Position numbers and translations under genes: made by a program. A stretch of DNA of 61,534 nt, counting the filler, from Squatina squatina (taxonomy: Eukaryota): NCBI GenBank assembly GCA_031763465.1. It is 3 parts of 3 records of this genome, joined end to end, with 100 filler letters (N's around TTAATTAATTAA, not from the genome) between each part and the next. Parts side by side here need not be neighbours in the genome. Positions count along the whole stretch, not along the records: positions 1 to 31,853 come from JARFOE010000233.1; 2 more parts are not named here. One strand, given 5' to 3'. How positions within the stretch are numbered: the first letter of the stretch is position 1; each line of letters begins with the position of its first letter. This document shows, one piece after another, positions 1 to 12,437 of the stretch. Below the pieces are notes generated by a model. It did no database searches. It had not been told where the DNA came from and saw only the letters and a list, made by a program, of their open reading frames with translations.

Positions 1-21
1 CTTTTTTACCCTTCTTTCTAG

Positions 22-213
22 GCTCAAACACAGTACCACCACCAATGGGAGCAGCAGAAAAAGGAGACAGAGGCAGCACACAGTCAAACAGTACAGCACT
101 TGGAAAGCAGGCTAGCTGAAGTGGAAGCTATCAACAAGGACCTCACTGAGAGGAAATACAAATCTGAATCTTCAATACGAGAGTTGAAAGCCAAAGTATC
201 TGGCATGGAAGAG
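22..213 (+). CDS. SASS6: SAS-6 centriolar assembly protein, internal coiled-coil exon ([14 protein letters not shown]...[12 protein letters not shown])
   Basis: Polypyrimidine + AG at 20-21, GT at 214; 192 bp, phase 0/0. Translation resembles the recalled vertebrate SAS-6 segment [21 protein letters not shown]. Confidence 0.93.
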
Positions 214-522
214 GTTGGCAAAACCTTTTTAATAGTTTTAGGTTTTATATGTGATTGTATTCTCAATGTTTACATTTTTTTTTAAAGAATAAAACCATAC
301 GTTAACAGAGTTACTTTATAAAACTATTGTTGTTAAGGCCACGGCCCTTAATAGTTAGGTAAAGCAGTTGCCCAGTGGCACAGCAATGTAACAATGAGCC
401 ATATTGACTGGAATTGTCCCGATTTGATCTTAAGTTAAATGAGATATAATTTCTCTGCTAAGTTATTCCTGTTTGAAGTTAAGGTTTCATTTTTTATGCC
501 CCCTTTGTTATGTGGTATCTAG

Positions 523-717
523 GAGTGTCAAAGATCAAAACAGGAAGTCCTTTCACTGAGGAGAGAAAACACCACACTAGATACAGAGTGCCATGAAAAA
601 GAGAAACTACTGAATCAGCTGCGAACACGGACTGCTGTCCTGGAACAGGAAGTCAAAGACAAAGAGCAAGTGGTTACAAGGACAACAGAAGTCTTTGAAA
701 GTATGCAGGAACACAAG
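523..717 (+). CDS. SASS6: SAS-6 next exon ([28 protein letters not shown]...MQEHK)
   Basis: AG at 521-522, GT at 718; 195 bp, in phase with the previous exon. Contains [27 protein letters not shown] typical of SAS-6. Confidence 0.93.
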
Positions 718-3700
718 GTATTGAAAGTCAGATGATATCAGTTGAAGTTTTCAGTTGCTTAATCAAGCAGAGCAGAGATGCACAGTTAAACTGTAATTAA
801 TAACATACTTTCGTTAATTACAATAGGAGCATGTTAAAGGCCTTCAATAACTAAGACCAGGTTCCCAGCTTGCTGCTGCAAAACCATTCTTCCAAAAAAT
901 CCAGGGGTGGGAAGATTCCGAAAGGCATATGTCATTAGCTCCATACCCGAACCAGCCTCAATCATCCCAGACCACAGNNNNNNNNNNNNNNNNNNNNNNN
1001 NNNNNNNNNNNNNNNNNNNNNNNNNNNNNNNNNNNNNNNNNNNNNNNNNNNNNNNNNNNNNNNNNNNNNNNNNNNNNTGCAGGGAATACAGAATTGTTGC
1101 TGCTTCCCCCTCCAGTGCTTAAACATCAAGTTCTGTCTTATTAGTAGGACAGTAGTTATGTACTTTCTGATTCTGCAAAATAAATTTGATAGTTACATAC
1201 TAATGAAATTCAGGTGCATTTTATCTGATGAAGGTGCACCTCAGAAATATTAAGTGCCATTATTTACAGTGCCCTATCAAATTATTTGCCTGTAAGTATG
1301 AACTACTGCAACTTGTGTGTAATTCTGAATTATATCACTTCAGTAAGGTGACTAATATAATCACATCAGGGATTTTAAAGCACATCAGATGTACAGAACT
1401 GGCACTATGTTCCCTATTGTGCTGTAACTAGTAATTTATGACATCTGTACCGAATATATGTCAATGTACAAATTGTAATATATTTTGTATTTAAAATGAG
1501 TGTTGCATACATATTTTGACTGAATAAAATATATGTACTTTTGCAGAAGAAATTGTTGAGCTTTTCAAATTTTGTATGTTAATGTTTGCTCAGATCTGCC
1601 ATCAATGAGTATAGCTGGAATATGCGAGGCGTGGGGGCAGAGGGGAGAGACATTAAGGTTATTTAAAATAACATTACATAGCATAATAGAAGAGTTCATG
1701 TACTAGAGGAGGGATGCACAATGAGACCAGTGGCCATTTGTCAATCCTGAATTGTTTTGTGTTTTTATGTTCTCCTTTCCTGAGAGCTGACACTTACTGA
1801 ATGTGGTTCTATAGGTAAGGGCAATCTTCCAGTACATTGCACCTAAGTGACCATTCTTCATATTGGAGCTTAGAGAGTGAGGCCTAGAAATATAGGGGCT
1901 TAGCGCCAGCCGTTAAGGCCCATTTTGATGAAAAAATGGTGACCAACTCGCTTCTGGCAGGTCCTATGGCAGCTGCCATTTTGGGAAGGTCAGGAAAGAG
2001 CGTTGCCAGCATCNNNNNNNNNNNNNNNNNNNNNNNNNNNNNNNNNNNNNNNNNNNNNNNNNNNNNNNNNNNNNNNNNNNNNNNNNNNNNNNNNNNNNNN
2101 NNNNNNNNNNNNNCCCACATAAAAGTAGATATATCATGATCCTCCAAATAGCAAAAGTAAAAAAGTATCGAGTACAGGGAGTAATAACGAATGTCATGGG
2201 TACAACAGAAAACTCAGCACCACAATGACCAGTTTGCTGGGTATACTTATTTTAATAAATTACTTTGAAGTTATGTACATTTTATACAGTTCCAGGTGAG
2301 GCACATTTGAAGAAAGTGGTAATGTAACTGTAACTGGACACAAACAATACCAGTGCAAAGATGCCTGCAGTTCTCTGCTTTTGTGAATTTCTATTTCAGA
2401 AAAATATATTTTATAATATACCTTCTTTTTTAAAGTTCAAAATAATTTGTTTTAGGAATTCTCTTCACAATATACAACACATTGCACTCGAGCATAATCT
2501 GTGTGAATACAGATCATTACCAAACTCCACAAAGTAATCCAAAATCAGATGGGCCACATTTTAAATCAATTTAAAAGGTCTTAATTAGAAATTCAGTTCA
2601 AACTCAATCCTTAGCACATCTGAAAATCGATGAAACCAGAACAAGTTATTTTTTCCTGAAATCAAAAGTTTGTTTTAAACTGTAATGGACTGAGAAAAGC
2701 AATTGTGATAAGGTGTTTAGAGTTTTTGTTGTGCTAAAGGTCACTATTAAAATTATGCCAATAGCAATCTAACTGGTGAAACTACCAGTGGTAAACTACA
2801 CCTTAGTGCTGATCAGAAGGGCAGTTTTATCAATGCCCAATTTTAGAAAATCACACTCCCCTCAACACAATCCTGAGATAGACGGGCACAATTCTGTGAA
2901 AGGGTCTGAATTTAGGTTTTTGCCACTCCTTATCCCAGTATAAATTTGATATTGTTCCTAACCGGATATAGAAGTTACAGAATTTAAAGAGTAAACTAAA
3001 ATTACCAAGTAAATGATCACTTTATTTTAAGGCATGATGTACCCTCACTGACCCTGCTCAGTGCATTTCTTTACTTTGTATTTGATGGCAAAAAATAACT
3101 CTAGTTTCAAGGAAAAATAAAAAGGATAGACGAGGACCCATCCAGCTTTCGTATTGCTTTCATGAGAAATTAAACAATGATTTTGGAAAATTGATATATT
3201 TTTTTTAAATAATGCAAATATTTGGGGATAGGAAAATAAGATCTTCACTGGCTATATCAGATCATTTAAAAACCACTCTCTATCAAGGGCAATTCATTTT
3301 CCAAAGATTACAAAAACTGTCTGAATGAAGAGTGCAATAGTTATAAATTACCACAATCATATCCAATTTTCATTTCTACCAAATTAGGCTTTCTTTCTGG
3401 GATTACAAAATTGAATTCAATGGAACCATTTCATTAGTCAGCTTACCCATGTACACTCATATCAATAATGTTTCATTGTAATGTGCTTCTTCCAAACAAA
3501 CTGAACTTCTGATAAAACAGGAGTTTCATAATATCAGGAAAGAAGTTTTCCTACATGCCAAAAGAACTTCCCATAAACAGCACCCCACTGTTTCAAAAGT
3601 GAATGCAGTCCAAATAAGCTGATGCACTAATGCACACATCAGCAGAGAAGAGGTGAAAATTAAAAATAGCAGGCCTACGAAGCTGTTTGCATATAGGCTG

Positions 3701-4714
3701 AAGCTGAGGTAGCAGATTACATTTGAGGCTGTGCACGGTTAGCAGCTGAGGCCAAGTGTAAGGAAAGAACAAGGAGGTGGTTATCTGCTGAACGGAACTA
3801 CTTCCTTCTGTTTTAGTGAAACCCTTTTGACTTTAAAATAAAAAGCAGCTTTTCACTCAAGTACAAAAGGTTTCTCTAAATTGCCCACAATACTGTGTCT
3901 TAAATGTTAAATATAAAATTCATTTCAAAAATAGTATGATTAGATAATCCATACATATTGTTCTTTAGAAAACTGCAGTTATTTTCACAGGTCAATGTAT
4001 ATTTGTTCCTGAAGTTATCAGAAAATAAAAATAATCTTCTCCAACATACCTCAACCACAGCCTTCTCATAAAATGAAAAAAAGACACGGAATATGCATGA
4101 AACACTTGAAATGTTCTCTTTTAACAAGCCTTACAAATGAAAAAAAAAGTATTTCCTTTACCCTTAGCAGTTTAATTGTCTGGGATGTTGACATAAGAAT
4201 CTATAGCTCATTTATTACAACTCCAACAGTTATTAAATAATTCTGCTTCATTCATCTACAAAAAGTAGCCAAAGTAGTGAACTTCATATTTCCACAATGT
4301 ATTTTGTTCAAATTTGTAAGAAGGCTGAGGGAAGCTAGGGCTGTAGTTTCACAGATTGCATTCCTTAAAGCTTTGCAAGTCAGGTAAACTTAATGATTTG
4401 CATAGCCATCTTCAACAATCTATGCACTAATTTCTATGCATGTCATTCAGCCCCTTCTCTTTGTCCCTGCCCCCACATCCATTCTATGGAGCTTCAGGGA
4501 CTCAACAGAAACAAATAGTTACAGTGGATTCCATGATTCCTTTTCTTTAGGGGCAATAGTACACAATTACCGCAGCCAAATCGAACACAGACTGAAATAC
4601 AATTGGGAAAGAGTTTATTGTTACAGGGGTAGTAAATAGATCAGATCAACCGTCACAAAATTATGTTCCTTTCCCCCTTTCCACTGATGTACAAGTTACA
4701 ACCCTGAGATGTGG

Positions 4715-5192
4715 CTCTGAATGTGTGTCTGTGTATTCGTGTGTCTGGTGTGTGGCTTTGAAAGTGTGTGTGTGTGTGTATGTGTGTGTCTGTATCTATG
4801 TGGATGAGTGTGCGTGGCTGTGCGTNNNNNNNNNNNNNNNNNNNNNNNNNNNNNNNNNNNNNNNNNNNNNNNNNNNNNNNNNNNNNNNNNNNNNNNNNNN
4901 NNNNNNNNNNNNNNNNNNNNNNNNNNNNNNNNNNNNNNNNNNNNNNNNNNNNNNNNNNNNNNNNNNNNNNNNTCTGTGTGCATGGCTGTGAGTGTGTGGC
5001 TGTGAATGTGTTTTATGTGTTTTGCTGTGAATGTCTATTTCTGTCTGCGAGTGTGTCTGTGTGGCAGTGAGTGTGTGTGTGTGTCTGTGAATGTGTGTCT
5101 GTGTGTGTGTGTCTGTGTGTGTGGCTGTGAGTGTGTGTCCGTGTGTGTGGCTATGAATGTGTGTCTGTTTGTGTATGTGCGTGGCTGTGATA
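4715..5192. repeat. Degenerate (TG)n-rich micro/minisatellite spanning gaps
   Basis: Runs of GTGTGTCT/GTGTGGCTGTGA; source of the His/Thr- and Cys/Val-rich spurious ORFs. Confidence 0.9.
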
Positions 5193-5505
5193 NNNNNNNN
5201 NNNNNNNNNNNNNNNNNNNNNNNNNNNNNNNNNNNNNNNNNNNNNNNNNNNNNNNNNNNNNNNNNNNNNNNNNNNNNNNNNNNNNNNNNNNNGATACATA
5301 TGTTCAAGTAGCTTGCATTAAAAATGAAGCAATCAAAACCATATGGGTGCATCCACTTCCATGGATCTTGAAGTCCTTCTTCAAAATGGTTTCCAATTTT
5401 CATAGGCCATTTGGTCTTTCAATGTCCAGTAGATCTAGTGGAATTCAACACATTGTTCTTCGTTTAGATCTGCTATTTCTCTTCAAGCAAGTAAAGCTGG
5501 TGTTG

Positions 5506-5715
5506 TCACACACTGCTGTCCTGCAGCAGTGGCTCATTGTCCTCATCACTGCCAATGGGTGGAGTGGTGGGATTGTTGCCAAGACTGCTGCTGTGCTTCC
5601 TTACATTATTGGCTTTACCAGACGTGTTATGCTCAGGGATAAACAAGGCAACCAAAAAAGCCACCAAGACTGTAATGGCTCCAAACAAGAAAGGCGGTCC
5701 AGGGATAACAGAATC
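5506..5715 (-). CDS. MFSD14B: MFSD14 (HIAT-family MFS transporter) terminal coding exon, B-type C-terminus (DSVIPGPPFLFG...SDEDNEPLLQDSSV*)
   Basis: Acceptor CAG at 5718-5716, 70 codons to TGA. IPGPPFLFGA..LVALFIPE motif; SDEDxEPLLQDSS resembles MFSD14B more than MFSD14A. Confidence 0.85.
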   Translation of the reverse strand, partial: DSVIPGPPFLFGAITVLVAFLVALFIPEHNTSGKANNVRKHSSSLGNNPTTPPIGSDEDNEPLLQDSSV

Positions 5716-5799
5716 CTGAGTGAACAAAAAATGAATGTATGAATCAACAGCCACCAACATCTTGCAATTAAACAGCGCCTTTAACAAAGAATAAATGTT

Positions 5800-6130
5800 C
5801 AAAGACATTTCACACAGAATATTGGGAGGGATGATCAAAGCTTGTTTAAAGAGGTTTTAAGGAGGGTTTTAAAGAAGAATGAGAGGGAGGTGGAGAGGTA
5901 GAGGTTACAAAAGGTAGGGAATTCCAAGAGTGGGCCCCAGACAGCTGAAGGCATGGCTGTGCCAATGGTGGGGCAAAGGGAGTGGAGGATGCAAAAGAGG
6001 CAGTCAGATGAAGAGCGCGTTTGAGAGTAGGAGTTACAGGGCTGGCAGAGGTTACAAAGCCATGGAGGGATTTAATTACAAAGACTGAGAATTTTAAAAC
6101 TAAGGAGTTGGAAGACCAGGAGTCAATGCA
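5800..6130 (-). mobile_element. L2/CR1-group LINE 3' fragment
   Basis: Minus-strand translation ...HSWNSLP...SSLKPSLK, typical of LINE ORF2 ends. Confidence 0.6.
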
Positions 6131-6444
6131 NNNNNNNNNNNNNNNNNNNNNNNNNNNNNNNNNNNNNNNNNNNNNNNNNNNNNNNNNNNNNNNNNNNNNN
6201 NNNNNNNNNNNNNNNNNNNNNNNNNNNNNNGCCAGTTTTAAAATTACAATTTGTATCTTGAGATCTTGAAGTCCTACAAAATATGGATCATCTTTTACAC
6301 ACACAGTACAATGCTCTCAGCATGAGAAATTTTGCAAGCCTAAGCATTCAAAAATCCAGATAATTGGTTTCTGGCGTCACTGGATTCGCAGAATCGCATT
6401 TTACAGAATACATGCCAGTATCCCAATGAAGCATGCCTGCTTAC

Positions 6445-6550
6445 CAGGGCTGGGATCCAAAGCCATACCAAGCCAGCTGTAACATCCAAGGCCAAGGAGA
6501 ACAGTGTTCTTATTACCTATGGACCTCATTAGGACACTAAGAAATACAGT
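6445..6550 (-). pseudogene. MFSD14B: MFSD14B exon TVFLSVLMRSIGNKNTVLLGLG/(frameshift)/MLQLAWYGFGSQPW with a 7-bp deletion
   Basis: Canonical CAG/GTAAG ends. Exon is 106 bp versus 113 bp needed for 37 codons + 2; the FQ codons are lost and the frame shifts after GLG. Confidence 0.8.
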
Positions 6551-7478
6551 CTGTGAAAACAGAAAGTAGGAAAAAAGATCCATTAATTTGTGCCTATTTC
6601 TTACTTTTAAATAATGTTTGCATCTTTAGGTATGAAGAATCTACTTGACAGTGAGAATGGTTAGTCCAGCAGAAAAACAAATATTAATCCCTAACCCAAT
6701 TTACCAAAGACCAACTTTTAACATTCTGACAAGCAACAATGGGATTATTAAAAATCTGATGTTCGGAGCATAGATTCACAGAACTCTTTGAAAATGCAGG
6801 TCAGTCTTGTTAATTATAACTTCTTGGGCGAGATGCTCAATTCTGCTCAGTATATTTGATCAATACCCGAATTGTAAAAAAAGTGCTTTCTGTAAAGGTT
6901 ACAAATTATTAACTGTGAATGCAAACTTTCCTGAAGGTTTAATGAATAAATTCTCAGAGTGTGGCGCTGAAACCTAAATCAGAAGGTCCCAGAGTCACTT
7001 GTTTTCAGTTAAGTTACAATTAGCCTCAGGATCCACAAGTTAGAGAAGGAAAAAAAAACAATGCCATGGCTTGCACCCATAGTTACCATCCAATCAGCCC
7101 AACTAGAAACTGCAGGTGTGATGAGAGGAATCAGGTATGCCGTGGTACCCTCCACAGTCAATTGGTCTGCTAACGCTCAAAGAATTACCACGTGGGCCCA
7201 ACAGTTTACNNNNNNNNNNNNNNNNNNNNNNNNNNNNNNNNNNNNNNNNNNNNNNNNNNNNNNNNNNNNNNNNNNNNNNNNNNNNNNNNNNNNNNNNNNN
7301 NNNNNNNNNACTAGCCTCCTGTAAAAAAAAAAGCATTTCCATGAGGTTACAAGGTGCTTTGTAAAATCAGTGTTTCAACCATGTTCACAGTTTTAAAACA
7401 GACCAACAACCTTGCTGTCCAATTAAATAACAATACTGAGACTGTACAAGGGAGCTGAGTGGAAAATTTGGCACACAC

Positions 7479-7592
7479 CTGTTTAAGATAAAGGAAAAAG
7501 CTAGAGTACTGTCCAGCCTCAGGCAGGTACGAGAGAAACACAGTTATACAGATGAGCAGTACAGTGGTGTCCTTCCCAACTTTCTTCAAGGA
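7479..7592 (-). CDS. MFSD14B: MFSD14B exon SLKKVGKDTTVLLICITVFLSYLPEAGQYSSFFLYLKQ
   Basis: 114 bp, phase 0/0, CAG/GT; near-identical to the MFSD14 family motif. Confidence 0.92.
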
Positions 7593-9281
7593 CTGTAACA
7601 AAAGAAACAAAATGCTCTTATGAATGGAGTCAGCTTTAAGTTGCTTATTCATATTATATTTTATAACCGATCAGAAGTCCACACCCTACAACTCTTGGAC
7701 CAGCATCCTGGAGTTTAATGGCACTGCACAAACATACCAAGTGACTTTTCAACTGTGCTGCCTTGTCAGCATTTTCAAGGGTTTGGATCATAATTATTTA
7801 CATCAAAGAGTGGCACATTTTAAAAAATGGCAGAAAGTAAAACTATTTTGTTATTTTACTGGTTCTCTCAGAGGTTTGAGAGACAGAGTCAAGTTCTGCA
7901 AATTAACACAGTCTCAAATTATAAAGGCCTGACTAAAAACACAAGTCATATAAACAAATNNNNNNNNNNNNNNNNNNNNNNNNNNNNNNNNNNNNNNNNN
8001 NNNNNNNNNNNNNNNNNNNNNNNNNNNNNNNNNNNNNNNNNNNNNNNNNNNNNNNNNNNCAGGACAAAATACCTAAATGCTCATGCAGGAGATTGCAGCA
8101 CACAAACTCAAAATAATTTGAAACTTCATATTATTCAAAAGTGAATGAATAACCATCACAGTCAGAAAGAAACATAATGTTCCCATAAATCTCTATTCAA
8201 GCACTGTCTTCTATGCATTAGTGGCTTGATTCCCTCCTCACTAAATTAGAAATAATTTGGAGAAAGTTTGGTCACAATATCAACATATGTGCACATGTAC
8301 ACATTCCAACAGGGACCACTGAATAGCAGTCAACGACATTAGTTTACCTTTTGTCTTTCCAGCCAAACACGCTGACATTGGCTGTTGCACCCCAGTTCCC
8401 TCAGAATTAGCAGCAAACTTGCAAGAGTTTGTTTCTATCTCATTTGCACAGAGGTGTAATTTCATTATAAAATATCATGGGCATTCCGGGAATTAGGAGT
8501 CATTCAGCTGAACCTAGCTCCGCAAATCATTTTCAGAATCTAAAGCAACCAGTGCCAGAGATTCTGCCATGAAGAGAGGGATGCTAGCAGAGCATCACAG
8601 ATATGGAGGCTCGGTGTACTCTCACAATATGTAGGGCAAATGATAGGCAGAGTCCTCTCTGGCACCAGCAGAGTGGAGTTTACATTGATGCAGTGCTTCC
8701 TGGAATAATTAACACCTTTAGGTATATTGGTGAACATCTCCCATAACCAGGAGGCTTCTAGCCCAAGTGCACTTCCAACATGGAAGTATTTATTGATGGC
8801 CTGCGGCTTGGGAAGACCATATGGAGAGATCAATGGATACAGGATTCAGATTTCTCCAGAGCAGCAGCTGAGAGGGCTTGGAAGATATCAGGGCTCAGGC
8901 TTATTAGTGATTTGAATTAGGTCATGTTCCCTGCAGACCAGCGAATCAGTCTCCTGACCTCACTTTAAGTGGCAGAGCAAGGCAGTGCTTGGTGCAGCCT
9001 GCTCACCCTCATCATGACAGTGACACAGGAGAGCTCTCAGAACAATCCCTTTGGATGCCTTCATGAGCGGCGGTTAGTCCGCAGACCCGGGCTGCTGAAT
9101 TTTCCAGTCCAGAGAAGCAGCCTGCCATTCCCAGACTTAGCGGATCTGAGAGGGAGTCCACCGCCGTTCCAAGAAGCTCATTCTAAAAGTACTCAGAGCC
9201 TCCCAAATCACAGGGCCCAGGCCATTAAGTGGCACTGGAAGAAACATAAGAATAGAGTATGAGAGGTTATAAAGACATATA

Positions 9282-9397
9282 AACAAAAAATGCTGGAAAA
9301 ACTCAGCAGGCCAGGCAGCATCTGCGGAGAGAAAAACAGAGTTAACGTCTCAGGTCGACGACAAAGGGCCTGCTGAGTTTTTCCAGCATTTTTTGTT
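9282..9397. repeat. Perfect 31-bp inverted repeat built from a Penelope-type terminal repeat
   Basis: AACAAAAAATGCTGGAAAAACTCAGCAGGCC (9282-9312) and its exact reverse complement (9367-9397). Same family motif recurs near 17690, 32390, 48285 and 54660. Confidence 0.85.
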
Positions 9398-9724
9398 AAT
9401 TGTTTACAACATTGTTTCCATTATTAAATTCTGTAACATTCTGCTCAATTACTGATATTCCCAAAAATGCAATGCAATCTGGACTAGTCCAACGAGCACT
9501 GCAAAATGAATCAATGTGTACGTGAAGGATGAAATACTGCTTCAGGAGTAGTTTGATGCAGACATCAGCCAGTATGCAAGATTGTCAAAGTTTGGCATTC
9601 GAGAGTTAAAGAATAAAAATAGACATGTACGAGCCTTTATATTAGGTATGGTTTGCTTAATACTACAGTAACAAGTTTTGCATTCTGGTAATTACAATCT
9701 ATGTACAGATCACTGCATGCTCAC

Positions 9725-9943
9725 CGAAAAAGGGTCCGCTTGCTCCCATGAAAAAGGTGATCCCCTTGAAGCTGGTCGAACCTTCTCAGGGAGAGATTCG
9801 GGCACAGCCACTACGATAAAGCAGATGTCCAATGCAGCAATCACAGTGGCTACAAGTACCACAAGGTTATCACCGTATTTACTTGAAAGATAAGCACCAA
9901 TGGCAGGACTGGTTACCAAACTTGCTGCAAAAGTTGCAGATAC
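9725..9943 (-). CDS. MFSD14B: MFSD14B exon VSATFAASLVTSPAIGAYL...VAVPESLPEK...SWEQADPFS
   Basis: 219 bp, TAG/GTGAG, phase 0/0. Confidence 0.92.
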
Positions 9944-10719
9944 CTAGAGAAAGAGCAAAAAAGAGGCAAGTTTTACTTACAAGATCATTAACAGTTAAAA
10001 GGTGAACATCTCCGAAAACAAAACAAGCAACCTATGAAGTAAACGCTATATAGACACATAGGGGATGAAATTATTCTAAGCCAGTGCAAACGGGCTCATA
10101 ACAAATTGGCTTCATAACTACTGTGCTGATTTTCTTTTCAAATGACTTCAATGGACAAAAAAAAAAATCAGACGCATTATAATATGGCCTGCTGATTCTC
10201 TTCGAGCCCATTACACACTACTAGCATAGACCAATTTCACCCCCATATTATTTTTGAACTTCTAAGTATTTTCTTACAGTTGGTCCGCCGAAGGGACAGG
10301 AGTGAAGAACCTGAATGTAATAAGTAACACTACTGTACACTCGATTGGGTCATCAATCCCACTACTCTCGTCTGACCAGTAAAGAAGTGTCCAGCTGTTA
10401 TGGAAATTGTCTCCAACTTACATATTCTAATAGAGAATTGGATCCAATTTAAACACTAGAACAAACTCAATAATCCTTTATTTGACACCGGAGGCAAAGA
10501 GGATTACAACTGGAGCCAAAATTCAGTCCAACTCGGCAAAATTGCTACCAGACTCAGAATAAAAAGCATCATTTTTAGGGGTTCATCGCACTCACTTTGT
10601 GGTGAAACTGACAGCAATTAGGAACAGACACCATAGAAACCCAATCTATGATGATTTTCATTTATTAGCCTCTACCTTTCCAAATACCATTTAATTTTGT
10701 CTCAAATTATCTTCTCTAG

Positions 10720-11319
10720 AAGTTTCCCCACCACCAACGTTCGGCTGACTGGCCTGTAGTTGCCGGGTTTATCCGTCTCCCCCTATTTAGGAGTGTAACA
10801 TTTTCAATCCTCCATTTCTCTGGCACCACTCCCATATTCAAGGAAGATTGTGGCCAGAGCCTCTGCGATTTCCACTCTTACTTCCCTCAGTAACCGAGGA
10901 TGCACCCCATTCGGGCCTCATGCCTTTTCTACTTTGAGGATTGCCTATCTTTTAAGTACCTCTTCTTTGTCTATTTTTATCCTATTCAATATCGCTATGG
11001 CTTCCTCCTTTACTGCTATATTTGCAGCATCCTCTTCACTAATGAAGACAGATACAAATTGCTCATTTAGAACCTCTGCCTCCACAAGAAATTTCCTTTT
11101 TGGTCCCTAATCGCCCCCACCCTTCCTTTGAAAACCCTTTTACTATTTACATGTTCAGTAAAGACTTTTGGGTTCCCTTTTATGTTAACTACTATTCTAT
11201 TCTCATACTCTCTCTTTGCCCCTCTTATTCCCTTTTTTAGACCTATTCTGTACTTTCTATATTCTGCTTTATTTTGAACCTTACAATTGTCAAAGGCCTC
11301 CTTTTTCTGTCTCATTTTA
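10720..11319 (-). mobile_element. CR1 LINE ORF2 fragment
   Basis: Translation KKGIRGAKREYEN..NIKGNPKVF...RVGAIRD, plus an NYRPVSLT-like segment near 10740-10765. Confidence 0.8.
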
Positions 11320-11429
11320 NNNNNNNNNNNNNNNNNNNNNNNNNNNNNNNNNNNNNNNNNNNNNNNNNNNNNNNNNNNNNNNNNNNNNNNNNNNNNNNNN
11401 NNNNNNNNNNNNNNNNNNNTCTTTATTAC

Positions 11430-11544
11430 CAGTACATACGCTGTACTTCTTTCATGCTCTTGAGTAATGTCAGCTACATATGCAAATATCACCGAGAAAG
11501 TGACTGCAAAAACTCCTGACACTGAAATAACAGCAAAATACCAC
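11430..11544 (-). CDS. MFSD14B: MFSD14B exon WYFAVISVSGVFAVTFSVIFAYVADITQEHERSTAYVL
   Basis: 115 bp, TAG/GTAAT, phase 2/0. Confidence 0.92.
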
Positions 11545-12437
11545 CTACATAAGCAAGCAGAAACAAGAGTAAAGAAAAGAGCATAACAAACTGCACCATC
11601 GATATAAATTAAAATTAGCATTTTTGCTTTGTTTCAAATCTTAGGATTTCTCATTACAAGCAAGTCTTTTGACTTTAGGGTGAAACCCAAGATTTATCCC
11701 TTGAAAATAATTTGAAAATTAGAGTTGAACCCAGAAACACAGACATTGGCATACTACAGTTGTTTTGTGGTACACCCAGCCAGATTTCCTATGTGCAGGG
11801 ATCACTTATCATCTTTTGACAGGTAGCATTAATGCTCAGCACTTCTTCAGCCAATTGTTTCCAGTACTGAATAGTTCAGTGGGAACGAAGCACTAAGGAT
11901 GCACATGAATTCATACTTTGTGAAGGCAGATGATCACTTTGATTATTTACTAAGTATTTTATTTGTTCCTTCCAAAATTGTTCTGCTGATTAAACCTGTT
12001 GTTTTCAGATTACAAAGATCTGGTTTTACTTTTGACCTGAAAAGGAAACATATTAGGTCACAGCTGATTGTATCAGATTTGACCTGAATTCAGGAAAAAG
12101 AAAAGATCTGGCAATCAGAAGGTCTATTTATAGGCTGAGCTTCAAAATTGTAATACTGTCCTCTCCTCCTTCCATCTTACCCCAAATGCTATGTTTAGTA
12201 ATACACTTTATCTCACTGCTTAATTATTCTATAACGCAGAGTATCTGGTCGCAATACCATCTGAGAAACAAAGCAAATTATTCCACACACAAATGTATTT
12301 TATTTCCAGGAGAGTTATTAACCCATTCTCTTGACCGTTTATAAAAGTAACACACGATAATCAAAATGTAACTTGAAAGTATTTTGTTGCACCTCTACCC
12401 CTCCTCTCAGCTGCCAGCTGTTTGCACGTGAACACTA

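Noticed and set aside
4696-5403. His/Thr- and Cys/Val-rich ORFs
   Set aside because: Translations of a (TG)n satellite plus N gaps.
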